Source of the DNA: Prorocentrum cordatum
Lineage: Eukaryota
NCBI GenBank assembly: GCA_963575745.1
Contig: CAUYUJ010000314.1
Location: 558,001-622,000, forward strand
Length of the DNA stretch: 64,000 bases
Direction: 5' to 3'
Shown here: in pieces, positions 18,400-31,092 of the stretch
Position numbering within the stretch: position 1 is the stretch's first letter
Layout of the letters: every line of letters starts with the position of its first letter
Program-made: the position numbers and the translations under genes
Notes under the pieces: generated by a model
Database searches by the model: none
The model's input: only the letters and a program-made list of their open reading frames with translations
Told to the model about the DNA's origin: nothing

Positions 18400-20600
18400 T
18401 TGGATATTCTGTGGAGATACATTATGTTGGTGTTTTAATGTCCTAGAGAATCGAGATAAGTGGTTTTGAGTGCGTTAGTTTAATCACAAGTTATTCAACA
18501 AAGATACAGAAATACACGATGTCGTAATATATAATTTAGTTTTTTATTATTATTTATACAATGTTGATTCGAATGTAGTTTCACGATAATAACGAGTAAT
18601 TTAGAATTTGATATATATAATATTACAGTTTACAGTTAGGTTTCTAGTGAAGCAAGTATATCAGTAGTTTGTTTTGTGTTACGAGTTATATTGCATGGAA
18701 AAACACAGAGTAATAAGAAGTTATGTTGTTAGAATGTATTAAAGAAAAGATATACATCAACGTATTTAAATTGTGTGTGTAGTCTAAATAATTGAGGATT
18801 TCACATCAAACGTGAATGATTCGAAGAATGTAACAGAGTTTAATTTTGTTAATTGAATTCCAAAAAATCGATGTGCATATTTCGAAGCATCAGATACGTA
18901 GTTTAAGACGTGTATGTTTCTGGAATTTGAATGGTTCACTTGTTTTCGCCTTAATATTTCGAGTCTCACGATCAAATCGGTTTGTTGTTTCAGAATAGGT
19001 CAAGATGCGATGTGCCGAGGTTTTTTACTCGAAATGTCGAAATTATTCAGATCAGTTTTTTTTGAAATTTTAAACCAGATTACATAATTTTATCTACGGG
19101 TATTTGCGAGCATCAAATTTACTTTTTTTTTATGTAGATGATGGTCGAAGTTAGTTCCAATTTGTTGTTGTTTCGCATTGCATTGTTTTTTTTTGTAAAT
19201 GCATCACGGCATTTTGTTTGCGGTTTTATGTTTTTTTGTTTGTGCGATCTGAGCTGAAAGTTTATTTTTTTTTTCGTCCTGTTGCGCTATTTTATTTGAA
19301 CAGGTTTGACCGGGTTCCAGTCCCGAGTTTGAATGGATATACATGCGCGTGTCGACGAGATCAAAACAGCAGTGTTTGGGAGTTTTTGTTTCGTTTTGAC
19401 CAGTATTGTTTTTTTGTTTTCCCCCTGGCCATTAATTATATTTTTTTGTTTGCCGAGTGTTGTTGTTTTATATTTAATTTCGATTCCAGGCTTGGTTTAG
19501 TTGGTAATATTTACGTTTTGTGTTTTACGGCGGAGAGTTCTTTTATGTAAAGTTTGGACACACACACATTTTCGGCCACAGGCGTATTTAAAATGAGTGA
19601 TTTTAACGTCCAGAATTCGAGTTGGTTTCGAATTTATAACAGCAGATTCGAGAGGATATGGAAGTTGCATGATTTTGTGTTTATCATGGTTTTGAAGAAA
19701 TGATTCGCGAACTTACCAGAAAGCATTGTTAAATTAATTTAATTGTGACAGATTTCCACGAATTTGCGAAGTGTTTTATCGAGAATTGTTGATCATTGAG
19801 CAGTATATTTTTCTTTCTATCTTCCCCTAGTCCGTATATTTATACAAGAATATGTTGGTTTTTTAATGTTTCGAATTTCAAGTGCCTCTGTCGTGAGCTC
19901 TGTCAAGATTGGAGTTGCTTTGACGGGGATTCGGATTTTGCAGTTTTGACGGAGATGTTTTTGAATGTTCCGGAGCGTGACGTTCGCAAAGTCTTTGTGC
20001 CGGTCCGGTGAAGCCATGCTTGGTTGACGCAAGAATATTTCGACGCTGCCGCTCGTAAAGCCGCGGTTGCAGATTCTCGAAAGTTTTTGCTTGCAATTCA
20101 GGATTGCAGCATATTTTTTTCCAGATGTTTCAAATTCGTATTGTAACAGAATTTGTGTGAAGAAGGCTTCGAAAGCAGTTGTTCGGCAAGACCGTCAAAT
20201 CATTTTCGCTTGTTTTTTGTCGCGCGAATGGCAAGTGGGTCGTCAGAGCTGACGAGAAGGGAGATATTTTTCGCGAAGAGGAATCGTTTTATTGACATTT
20301 TTCAGCGTTTCCAGTGGAGCAGACAGATTGTTTCCCCGTCCGGGTGAGACAAGTTTTCTACGTGTTTACACAGCTCAAACGCGATTCCGCTACAGGGCTT
20401 GACGAGATTCCTGTTCGAATTTTGTCGCTTGTTTTGCCTCTCGTTTTTTGCCGCTTGCTATTTGATTAGGTCTATCATGCACATGCAGTTGGCCGGAGCC
20501 TTGGCGTTTGCATCATAATTGTCCCCTCCAGAAGCAGAGGTTTTTGCATGATTCTGTGAATTATAGTGGAATTCATTTATTTCTGAGCTGTTCAAGTGCG
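18400..20600 (+). mobile_element. Heavily decayed, AT-shifted LINE copy A (possible ORF1 remnant, endonuclease, N-terminal RT)
   Basis: Translated remnants are colinear with copy B: PSLNGYTCACRRD (~19320), SDFNVQNSSWFR and GFEEMIRELTR (~19595-19720), QLKRDSATGLDEIPVRIL (~20370) and WPEPWRLHHNCPLQKQ...NYSGIHL (~20490-20580). Confidence 0.75.
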
Positions 20601-20639
20601 CCGGACGTATCTTGTATCCTCGTCGGTCCCGTTTCTTGT

Positions 20640-20972
20640 GTTTTGGTTCTTTTCAATTTGCAGACCGTCTCGAAAGCGTCTTTTTTGCAGTTTGCTTCCG
20701 AGAAAGATGCTCGTGATTTCTTGGCATCTGTTGGAGGGAAGGGTGCGCGTCTGCAGAACAGCAGTGACATGAGTCTAATTTTGAAGCCCACAAAATCGAA
20801 GATTAATGCAACTAGGGATTGGTCCCTCCGCGAGGCCGAGAGGAAATTGAAGGCCAGGGCCCTTCGTACGGAAATCCCGTGTTGTCAGCATTGACGGTGC
20901 CATTGGATTCAAGCAGGAATCCGGGATTTGACCGGCAGTTTCTCTGCACCTTTCAGCGACCTCTCGCTCTAG
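20640..20972 (+). pseudogene. LINE ORF1 C-terminal fragment (frameshifted)
   Basis: SKASFLQFASEKDARDFL...KPTKSKINATRDWSLREAERKLK, continuing through frameshifts as RVVSIDGAIGFKQ...GSFSAPFSDLSL* (TAG 20970-20972). It lies upstream of ORF2. Confidence 0.55.
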
Positions 20973-21159
20973 AATGGACGGGGTCGCGCACAATTTTGTT
21001 CTGACTGTTTGCCTTCTTTTTCATTTGTTCGTTCCCCCGCCCCTCATTTTGTTAGTAGTGTGCGGCCCCCTCCGCGTCGTTTGAGACGACGAGATCCTCG
21101 TTCTGAATTTGCATTTCACCGGCGGTTTGCTGAGCAATGTTCGCGGCCAAGCCGGAATT

Positions 21160-21525
21160 CCGCCCAGTCGATTTTTTCGACCTGCCTTAGCCCAAATATT
21201 TCGAGCCGCCTTATTTCAGACCGTTCGAACCGGGTTAACCCGGAATTTCAGAGTAGCCTTAACCCGATTTTTTCGAGTTCGCTTATCCCAGTCTCTCCGG
21301 CCGGCGGACCCGGCAGTGAGCGCAGTTCATTTTTTCGAGTTCGCTTACTCCGGCCTCTCCGGCCAGCGGACCCGGCAGTGCAGCGCAGCTTACTTTCCCG
21401 AGTTCGCTCGCGTGGGCCCGTCCGGCCAGCGGATCCGGAAGTGAAGCGCAATTCATTTTTTCGAGTTCGCTTACCCCGGCGTTTCCGGCCAGCGGACCGG
21501 AAAGTGCAGTGCAGCTTAACTCGCG
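21160..21525 (+). repeat. 62-63-bp tandem repeat (4 copies) preceded by ~24-bp repeats, between LINE ORF1 and ORF2
   Basis: The ccggccagcggacccgg anchor starts at about 21297, 21359, 21422 and 21485. Confidence 0.85.
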
Positions 21526-21599
21526 TTCGTTTTTGTCTGCCCCTCCTGTTTCTCTCTCTTCCTTTCCTCCTCGTCCTCCCGTGGGCCAACGGAGTTTGC

Positions 21600-24503
21600 A
21601 TGATTTCTTTCCTGCGTTTTCACCCTTTTTCACCTCAGGATGGTGGCCGCGGCGAAACCCGGCTTGAGCCTTTCTTTGATTGGACGAATCTCACCGTTTT
21701 AACACTCAACATTCAGCGATTTGATGTGCACAAAGACGAATTGTATGCTTATTTTTCCCCTCTTTCTTTCTTTCACCTTCATTTTTTTTTGACGGAGACG
21801 TGGCTTGACGAGTCGGTAGTGCAGCCGTATCTTTTTGGTTATTCTTTTGTCGCCCGTCGAGACCGGGACGGTCTTGGGGGTGGCGTTCTTATTTTTGCAC
21901 GGGATTCGGTTGCTGATTCTTGTTCCCTCCTTCTCCGATCTCCCTCTGCAGAGCGTGTTTGGATTTTAATGCGCACTGAATCGGGGCCTAATTTGTTGTT
22001 GGTATCGTCGTTCTTGTTATGGAGAGATTGAATCTATTGATACGCTCGGTGAAGAATGGAGTTCTCTCGCAGAGCAGAGCGTCGGTACGATTATTACTGG
22101 AGATATGAATGTACATCACAAGCATTGGTTTCGTTTCAGCAGCCGAGGGCACGGCTTTGAAAAATTGGTGCCAGCAGCGGGGGTTCCGTGAGTGCATTCG
22201 AGCACCCACTCGCGGTCCTCATGTCCTCGATCTTTTTCTGTCTGATGTGCCAGATCTGCTCACAACGAAAGTTTTAACAGAAGTTGCGGATCACAGTGCG
22301 ACGTTGTGTTCAGTCTGTATGCCGCCGCTCACTTTTGAACATAGCGAGCGATGTTTGTGGCATTTCAAAGACGCCGACTGGCGCTCTATTAATCGACGCC
22401 TTTCCCAGCAGGATTGGTCTTGGATCGAAAATTCGACGCCTGATATAGTTGTGTCTGTGTTAATTCAGATGTTGAAATATTTTATGACTTTGCACGTTCC
22501 GTCTGTACTGCAGAACACGCAAGTTTCACACCCGTGGGTCACAGACGAATGTGTGCAAGCTGTTCGCGAAAAGCGGCAGGCTGCCGGTACGGATTCTTTC
22601 CCGGCCGCTGTAGCACAGTGCAGTGCCGTTATGCTGAACGCTTTTAAGCTGCACGCCAATCGTACGCGCCAGAAACTTCGTGGCTTCGGTCGTGGTAGCA
22701 AGAAATGGTGGAAAGTTTCACACCAGCTCTTGTCGCATGTCCACAAGCCCACGTCCTCTCCTCTGAAGCGTCCAGACGGCACGTGGGCTCTCTCGGCCAG
22801 CGCCAAGGCAGATCTTTTTGCACAAGCTTTCAGTCAAAAATGGCGCCTGCCAGCTCCTATTGTGAACGAGTTTTCTGACTGCTCTTCTGTTTTGATTTCG
22901 CCAAGGAGATGGCAAGCTTGCGTAATTCGTACGAGGTCCGCTCGTGCCGCGCTGTCGTCTCTCCGTCAGGACAGCGGTACGGGCCCCGATCTTCTGCCAG
23001 CTAGAGTTTTAAAGCAGTGTTTTGCCAGTTTGGCCTTGCCTGTTGCAAAGCTTGCTCGCTTGATTTTAAGATCAGGTCAGTGGCCGTTGCCTTGGAGAGA
23101 GCATTGGGTCCATCCTCTTTACAAGAAGCTTGCTGTCAGTTGCCCAGATAATTACCGGGGCATCCAGCTTACCGCCCAGCTCTCTAAGGTAGTTGAACGA
23201 ATGTTTTTGCAATTGTTTAGCCCTCAACTGGACAGATTCGGTGCGTATGGCGCTCGTCAATTCGCATACACTCCTGGCCGGGGGGCCCGGGACGCAGTGC
23301 TGTATTTTGTGTTACAATGTATCAGCGCCTTCTCCTCTGGTCGCCGCGTCCTGCTGTATTGCTCAGACGTCAGCGGCGCCTTCGATCGAGTCGACGTGCC
23401 GCGTCTGCTTGCGAAGCTGCGCGGCTTCTCCGTTCCAGAGAGTGTGCTCGGTGTCCTTGCTAGCTGGCTGGAGCAGCGCACGGCGCGGGTTATCGTTCAG
23501 GGGCAGCATCCAGCCCCAGTGCGTATGGAAAACATGATTTACCAGGGCACTGTGCTAGGACCGCCGCTTTGGAATGCTTTTTTCTCGGATTCCTGCGTGG
23601 CTGTTCGGGCCACGGGATTCGAAGAAATTGTTTATGCGGACGACCTGAATGCGATCCGCTCGGTCGAAAATAATGTTACAGACGACCAGGCGCGCCGCAT
23701 GATGGCTGAATGTCAAACCTCTCTACACCGCTGGGGCGCTGCGAACAGGATCGTCTTTGATCCTGGCAAGGAGAGTACACACATCCTGTCTCGCAGCCGG
23801 CCTTGGGGCGATTCTTTCAAGCTTCTGGGTATAGTATTCGACGCGGTTGCTAATGCACGAAGCCATTTTGGCATGTATTTCGGATTGTGGATGGAAAATC
23901 CAGAGTCTGCTTCGTTGCCGCAGATTTTATAATTCGGCCGAATTACTTTTACTATACAAGGCCCAAGTTTTATCTTTTATCGAATATAGGACCTGTGCAT
24001 TCCATTTCGCTTCTTCCTCTGCTCTCGCTCCCCTTGACGCCATTCAAAACAGTTTTCTTCGTAGCTTGGACATTTCTGATCTTGATGCCCTCAATCACTT
24101 TGCTTTGGCTCCGCTGTGTGCAAGAAGAGACATCGCAATGCTTGGGGTTATCCATCGCTCTGTGCTAGGTCTCAGTCCTGGTCACTTCGCTTCTTTCTTT
24201 CGCCCTGCCCCCCCTCCCCCTCCTCGTTCCCCTCGTCGCCACGCCCGGCACCTGGCTGACCCTCTCCAGCTTCGTGCCCCAGATTTTGCCCGGCGCTCCG
24301 TGCTAGGCCTTGTCAGCGTCTATAACCTCCTCCCAGACAGCGTGGTCGCTGCTCCGTCAGTTCACGAATTTCAGTCTCGCTTGCAAGCTCTAGTGCGCGA
24401 TGTGGCGAATTCCGGCCCTGACTGGGCGCTTCTTTTCAGTTGCCGCGTCCCGCTCGCACATCACCGCCTGCGCGGCTGCAGGGATTGGCTTCCTCCCGTT
24501 TAA
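21600..24503 (+). pseudogene. LINE ORF2: APE-type endonuclease plus reverse transcriptase, with three frameshifts (~21990, ~22140, ~23845)
   Basis: EN motifs: LTLNIQ, LTETWL, RRDR..GGGV, GDMNVH (22099), PTRG..LDL, DH. RT motifs: GPD, NYRGIQL..SKVVER, QF, DVSGAFDRV, QGTVLGP.LW, YADD (23633-23644), FKLLGI.FD. The C-terminus contains LYKAQV..IEY. Confidence 0.93.
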
Positions 24504-25089
24504 TCTCTGTCTTTCTTTTTTCGCCCCTTCTTCCCTCCCTTCCCCTCCCTCCCCCTTCCTCCCCCTCCCTTTCTCCTTCTGCCTGCCGCTGTCGTTCTCG
24601 CTGTCGTCCGCCGTGTCCCTCCCTCCTCCCTCCTTTCTCCTCCACCCCCCGGCCGCCGTGCTTGGAGAGCATGGTGCGCGCGTCGCGCGTCGCCGCCTTT
24701 TTTGGGGCTTGCCCCCCCCGCTCGCCTCCTCTTCCTTTCTCTCTCCTCGTCGTTTGTCGTCTGCTGCTGTTCCTTCCTCCTCCCTCCCTCCCTCCCCCCC
24801 CCTCCCTCTCCTTCTTCCCCCTCCTCCCTTCCGCTTTCCCTATGTGTTTTGCCGCATTTTCATAGCCTCTCCAACCGGCGTTCGGCTGGCCGTGCTGCTT
24901 CCGAGCGATCCGGAAGTTTACAGCATGAAGATGAGGCGTGTTTTTTGTTGGTCTCCCTCCTTCGTCCTCCCGCAATTCTTTAAGCTGTAATTTTCTTGTG
25001 CATTGAGATTATGTTGAGACTTCAGTGTGGCTTGGTCATTCTCTGCGAGGTGCGTGGAACAAAAAATTCGCGTATTGTCCTCGCGGCGC

Positions 25090-26008
25090 AACATGGCGTG
25101 GCCTTCTCGCAGAGGGAGCGGATTGGTTTGTACTGTTCCGACGTGTCCGGCGCGTTTGACCGTGTGAATTCGGACCGCCTGCTCATGGTGTTTCAAGGGA
25201 CCGTTTTGGGCCCGGTTTTTTGGAACATTTTTTCGGTGATGCCAGCGAAGCAATTGCCAGATTACTTTTTCAAGACGTTGTTTATGCCGACGATCTCAAC
25301 GCCTTCCGTCCTTTCCTCCCCTCCTTTTCTGACGACGAGATTTTTGCATTATTTGGCAGTGCCAGTCGTGTCTGCACGAAGGGACCGTGCCAACGCTGTG
25401 GTATTTGAAGCTTCGAAGGAGAGCCTGCGCATCGCGGCGCTACCACATTGTCGCCGAGCTTGTTGTCTTATATAAAGCGCACATTCTTTCGTTCATAGAA
25501 TGCCGCACGCCAGCCTTCTCACACGCTTCGAATTTTGTATTGTTGTCGCTTGATTGTGTCCAGACTCGTTTTTTTACGAGCCCTGGGCATAATTGAGTAC
25601 GAAGCTTAGCGCAACTTTAATCTTGCCCCACTTTTTGCCCGCAGAGATATAGCCAATTTGGACCTTATTCACCGCGCTGTACTCGGTTTCAGCCCTCCGT
25701 GCTTCGGTGCTTTTTTCTCCGTTGAATCCCCCCCTCGTCCTCCCCGCTCCCCTCGTCGCCACTTCCGTCACTTGCGAGACCCGTGTTCTCTCCGTGCCCC
25801 TGACTACCTTGTGCGTTCCGCATTGGGTGGCACGAGAGTGTACAACCTTCTTCCTGACTCAATCATCTTCGCTGACAATGTCAAATTCTTTCAGCGCCTT
25901 CTCTGCAAATTGCTTCGTGCCGATTTTGCCGTAAGGTCGTCTTGGCCACAGCTTTTCAGTTGGCGTGTGCCGATGGCTTCGCACAGCCTTCGTAATTATT
26001 TTTCCTGA
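25090..26008 (+). mobile_element. LINE copy C, 5'-truncated and internally deleted ORF2
   Basis: LYCSDVSGAFDRV, FQGTVLGPVFWN, YADDLNA (25283), LYKAHILSFIE, RVYNLLPD, ending SHSLRNYFS*. Followed by a C/T-rich tail. Confidence 0.88.
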
Positions 26009-26499
26009 CAGCCCGAGATGAGTTGATCCCTCTCCTTTTTCTTCGTTCGCCTCTGTCTCTTCCCCTTCTCGTCCTCTCGTCCCGTTCTCTTCTTCTCGTC
26101 TTCTTCCCTCTCTCCCTCTCTGCTTGCTGCTGTCGCTGCCGTCGTCCGCCGTCCACCTCCTCTCCCTGGCTCCCTCCCCCCGTGCGGGTTCTGAGCGGTG
26201 CTCGGTCCGCAGGCGTTCTCTCGCCGGGCGCGTCCGGCGCTTCTCGCTCCTTCTCCTCCTCGCTCTCCTCCTGCCTGCTTGCCTGCCCCTCCTTCCCCTT
26301 TCCTCCCTCCCTCGTTTGTTTCTGTCTTTGTCTCCTTCTTTCGTTTTCCCCGTGCTCCCTCCGGCAGTGCGCCGCCCGCCGGCCTGCTTAGCTGGCTCCG
26401 GCGGCCGCCGTCCCGCCATGCATCTTGTCTTGTCCCTGAATTTTAATGTTTGAATTGCCGAATGGTGCCGTGGTGTACTGCAGAGGTCCGATAGAAAAA

Positions 26500-27333
26500 A
26501 CATCCAGCTGTCACAGACGACGAAGCTTTTGAACTTGCACCTTTCTGCCAGTCGTCCCTGCGCGATTGGGGCAAAGCCAACCGCGTCAGGTTCGATGCTA
26601 CAAAAGAGAGCGTGCACATTTTGTCGCGCTCCCGCCCAGCTGGTGACGGATTTAAGCTTCTCGGCGTTCACTTCGACACCAAACCGTCATGGAAGTAGCC
26701 GTCGACAAGTGCGTGTCTGGAGCTTCCTGGCGGTTGTACAGCCGCCTCAGAACCCGTCGGTTTCACAGTGATGCCGAGCTCGTTGGTTTGTATAAGGCTC
26801 ACATCCTGTCTTACATCGAATACCGAACGAGCGCTGTGAGCCAAGCGTCGTCGTCGGTGTTAGCTCCTGTAGACGCTCTCCAAACGCGATTTTTAAATTC
26901 GCTCGGAATCTCTGCCAGTGATGGGTTGTTTTACTTTTAATCTGGCCCCTTTAAGTTCGAGGCGAGACATTAGTATTCTTGGCGTGATCCACAGGACAGT
27001 GTTGGGACTCGGCCCCCTCTGCTTCTCCCGTTTCTTTCGCCTCGCCCCCTCCCCTCCCCCCCCCGTGCCCCCCGGCGGCACCGGCGGCATTTGGAAGAGC
27101 CAGCCTTCTATTCGCCGGACTATCTGTTGCATTCTGCCATTGGGGCAACCCGGGTATGCAACTTGCTGCCAGATTTCGCAATCAGTGCTACGTCTGTGTC
27201 ACGATTTCAGGGGGGGCTTCAGCGCCTGCTCCGTGCACGAGCCGTTTGTTGCGAAGATTGGAGCTCGACGCTCTCGTCTCGAATCCTTTTCGCCATCCAC
27301 CCGCTTCGCGGGTGTCGCGATTGGCGCGGCTAG
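26500..27333 (+). mobile_element. LINE copy D, 5'-truncated ORF2 C-terminus
   Basis: WGKANRVRFDATKESVHILSRSRP.GDGFKLLGVHFD, LYKAHILSYIEYRT, LAPLSSRRDI, ending HPLRGCRDWRG*. Followed by a C/T-rich tail. Confidence 0.88.
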
Positions 27334-27734
27334 TCCGTCTCCCCTGGTCTCCCCCCCCTCCCTTCCCTTCGTCCCCGCTCCTTCTCGCCTTCTCCTCCCC
27401 TCCCGGTCCTGTGCGCTGCGCGGAGCGCGGTATGGACTTTTCAAGACAACGCGCGTTCGGCGCTTCCCGCTCCTTCTTGCCCTCCTCGCCCCCCCCTCCT
27501 CCTCCCCGCTTTCCCCTTCTCTTGTCGCTTCTGGCTATGCGTTTGGCAGTCATTTCAAGGCCAGAAACGGTTTTCAAGGTCTTGCGGGCGTTTCATGAGC
27601 AAATCCATTTTTTTGGTGCTGCTTGCCGCCTGTCTCTCTTCATGTGCTATTCGCCGTGCAACTTTTTTTGAACGATGTTGACCTTCCGAGATCACGTGAG
27701 GAAACCTTAGTGTCGCGAGGATGTAAAGAAATCG

Positions 27735-27931
27735 GCAATTGCGCTGTGCGCATTTACAATTTGCTGCCCGACTTCGTCGTGGCAGCGCGCAGCGTCTCCG
27801 AGTTTCAATCCCGCCTGCAGGCCCTCGTGCGTTCCAGAGCAAATCACTTTGAAGACTGGCCAGGAACTCTCTCGCCGCGCCTTCCGCTTGCTTCCCATCC
27901 TCTCCGTGGGTGTCGTGAGTGGCGTGGGTAA
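27735..27931 (+). mobile_element. LINE copy E, extreme 3' fragment
   Basis: RIYNLLPDFVVAARSVSEFQSRLQALVR...SHPLRGCREWRG*, matching the C-terminus of copy B. Followed by a C/T-rich tail. Confidence 0.85.
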
Positions 27932-28199
27932 TTTCTGTTTGGCCCTGTCTCTGCCTTCTCTTTCTTTCTTTTCTCCTCCCTCCTTTTCTGTCTCCTCTCT
28001 TCTGCATGAGGTTTTTCTGGAGCAACCTTCGCGCTATTTTTGGAGCGTTTCACCACTCTTCCATCCTGCAATCTTTAACTTGCTCTGAGCACTGACTTGA
28101 CCTGGTGACTTGGTGAGGAAATCCGCGTTGCGAGCTTCGTAGAGCAAAAAATGCGATTCTTGCCAATATGGCTTCGCGTGGCTCCCCATAGGGCCATGT

Positions 28200-28390
28200 G
28201 TCATGGGTAAGGGGCGTGCCGACATGGGCGCGGTCACGCATGCGTTTCTTGCCATTGGGGTGCGAGGGTAGCGCATTTGGGCACAGCCACTGGGGGCTTA
28301 GGTGGAGCTCCATATGGGCTACGGTGTGAGGGGTGTGCCAAATCCCTATCGGGCCACGAGACGTGTGAGAGGTGTGCCGAAGTGGGCAGA
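28200..28390 (-). repeat. Degenerate inverted member of the 77-bp repeat family at 48800-49540
   Basis: The reverse complement gives cccatatggagctccacctaagcccccagtgg and cttcggcacacctctcacacgtctcgtggccc, which match the array unit and its end. Confidence 0.65.
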
Positions 28391-29589
28391 AACAAACGTT
28401 TCAAAATGCTCTCAATAGGTCCAAAAGAGGCCACCCAAGCATCCCAGCATCCCAGCGGCCCTTAAGAGGCCCCCACAGTTCCCCGAGAATTTGCCAAGAA
28501 ACTCCCAAGAGGCCCCTAGTAGCACTCCCAGAAGGTATACGAGCACAAAGTCGACAACCGCTCTTCCCAACACTCCTCATGCTCTTTCTCCTCTCTTCTC
28601 CTACGTCCTGCCCCCCCCCCGCTCCTCCTCCTCTCCCCTGCTTCCTCTTTTCTTTTCTTTCCCGCTTTCCTCCCCTCCCCTTTTGTTTGGTCTCCTTCAT
28701 TTCCAGCTGCCTTCTCCTCTCCACGGTCCTCCGTCTCTTTTCTCCCGTTCTCACTCCCCCCTCCTTCCTCCCCCCCCCTCCCCCCTCCGAGCTCGTTCAG
28801 GAGACTCCCGAAATTGCGCAGAAGTTCCAGGGGTGCCCCGCGAGGGTCCCGGGAGGCCCCCGCGCTGTCCCAGGAAATCTCCAGCAGTAGGTGGCCGCGC
28901 AGAGTGCCCGCGCACAAGGCTTCCAAGAGGGCCAAATTAGTCAAACTAGTCGACCACAAGGGGCCCCGACGTGTTTTTCCTTTCTTTTCTGGGACTCCCA
29001 TTTGTCGCGGGCGCGTGGCTCCGAGATAGCCTCGGATGCCGAAGTGGCCCCGAAGAGAGTTGCCTTTTTGCCCAAGAGGAGCCGAGGATTGCCGCGGATA
29101 CTACGCTTCAGTGCGACTCCAGACACCAACGCGTGGTTTCCAATCCAAGGGCCCGATCGTTTCGGACACGCGCCTTCTGATGCGCCATGCGCTTGGCCCC
29201 GTTGCAAGTCGATCTGGGGCGCGCGCGTGCGCGAAACGCGCGCAGTAGTCATAATTCCCGCATGTTTTGTTTGTATTGCTCATGCGGCCACGTGTCGTAC
29301 CAGAATTACATAAAACTTTATATTTGCGCATGCAAGCAACACGACGTGCCGAAACGTAAGTCATGTTCAAGGTGTGGGTACCCGCGGACAGTGCAGAGTT
29401 GCTAGAAGAGTGGGAACAACCATTGCAGTTGGACATTTAGATCTTTTCATGTTAGCGGGAAGCGTAAAACCATCCAGTCATATGATAGTGCAAGTTTAAG
29501 TCGAATGATAATTCCTAAACGTTGCTTGCACTTAGAACAGGTTTCTAACGAACTGGGCTGCTGTGCAGCTCTGGCAGCTATGTGGCTGC

Positions 29590-29860
29590 CGTCGCCGCCC
29601 CGTCGCCGCCTCGTCGCCGCCCGTTGTCTGGGCTGGAGTGGCGGCCTAGCGGCTACGTATGTTGTCGGCGTCGCCGCCCCGTCGCTGCTTCGTCGCCTCC
29701 GCCCGTCGGGGCCAGTGTGGCGGTCTGGAGGCTATGTTGTCGGCGTCGCCTGTCCGTCGCCGCCTCGCCGCCGCCCTTCGTCCGAACCGGCGTGGCGGTC
29801 TGGCGGCTATGTTCTCATCGTCGCCGCCCGCCGCCCCGTCGCCGCCTCGTTGCTGCCGCA
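29590..29860 (+). repeat. ~65-75-bp tandem repeat (3-4 copies)
   Basis: The gtggcggtctgg.ggctatgttgtcggcgtcgcc motif recurs. Confidence 0.8.
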
Positions 29861-30589
29861 TAGGACCCAGGATGCTCCGCAGAGATTGCACAAGTTAGAG
29901 ATTGCACCGCGTGGATTGCCCAACATATAATGCACGACGTATATTGTACAACGTATATTCTCTTTTCTACAAGAAGAATAGATACTGCCCCCCCCGGAGT
30001 TAACGGTCCCACTTGGGGTATTGTGATTTCATATGTATTCTGTTCACTCGTCCATCCTAAATTTGAATTCGTATCATCCCAGCCAGGCTGGTATCACTCC
30101 CCCCCCGCCATCCCCTGCAACAAGTTTTATGCGCGCGCATCCGTTCATCACAAATCATAAGCATTCAAGAACTTCTTGCAACAAATGAGACGAAGTGCAC
30201 GCGCGCGCGTCGTCGCGCCCGCATGCCGAAGTCCTCTACAAACCTACGTTTTTGTTAGGATTTCAAAATCGAGTTTCCAAAATCATACACAACAGCGAAG
30301 GGTTTCGCAACGCGGACTTTCTAAAAAAATACGCGCGCTCTTGCGAAATCCTAGGGTAACCATTGGTTTTCCATTTTTTCAAAAAGTGCTACCAAAGGGG
30401 CTTCGCGCGTGCGCATGTCGAATTTTTTTCGAACGCCCTTGCGCGCGTGCCGTCGCGAGAATCCCCTGCAAAAAAATGCGACGACGAGCGCGCGCATGCG
30501 TGCGTGCCAAAGTCGAGCGTCCAAGAACATACAAACTCACATGTTTTTGCGACACGGATTTTCAACAGAAGCGTGCGCGCGCGTTCTTG

Positions 30590-30596
30590 CGTCGTC

Positions 30597-30629
<33 letters not shown>

Positions 30630-31092
30630 TTCGTCGCCGTCTTCCTTCCTCCGTCGTCGTCGTCGTCGCCGTCGTCGTCCTCTGTTTCCTCGTCGTCGTC
30701 GTCCGCCTTGGCGTCGTCGTCGTTTCCGTCGTCGTTGCCGCCATGGTCGTCCTTCCTCTTCCCTCGACGTCGTCGTCCGTCGTCGCCGTCTCGTCGTCGT
30801 CCCTCCTATTTCGCCGCTTTCGTCGTCGTCGTCGTCGTCTTCCCTTTTCCCTCGTCATTGTCGTCGTCGGCGTCGCCGTCTTCCCTCTTTCGTCGTCGTT
30901 CGCGTCGTCGCCGTCCTCCCTGCTCCCTCGTCGTTGTCGTCGTTGTCGCCTTCGTCGTCCTCCCTCCTTCCTCGTCGTCGTCGTCGTCGTCCTCGTTGGC
31001 GGCGTCGTTGTCGTCGTCGTTGCCGTCGTCGTCGTCGTCTTCGTCGTCTTCCTCGTCGCTGGCGTCGTCGTCGTCGTCGTCGGCGTCGTCGT
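30590..31092 (+). repeat. Degenerate (GTC)n microsatellite
   Basis: Directly visible. Confidence 0.95.

Larger units (their letters stand above)
20620..24960 (+). mobile_element. Near full-length LINE (APE endonuclease + reverse transcriptase), copy B, with 5'-truncated ORF1 and a pyrimidine-rich 3' tail
   Basis: ORF1 C-terminal remnant, inter-ORF tandem repeats, ORF2 with EN and RT motifs, and a C/T-rich tail after 24503. Confidence 0.9.

Noticed and set aside
19131..19142. YVDD as an RT catalytic motif
   Set aside because: It lies upstream of the endonuclease remnant of copy A and has no flanking RT motifs, so it is probably chance in AT-rich DNA.
22109..23932. Stand-alone 607-aa RT gene or bacterial retron/group II intron RT
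   Set aside because: It is the middle segment of a frameshifted LINE ORF2, with an APE endonuclease upstream and a LINE C-terminus downstream.
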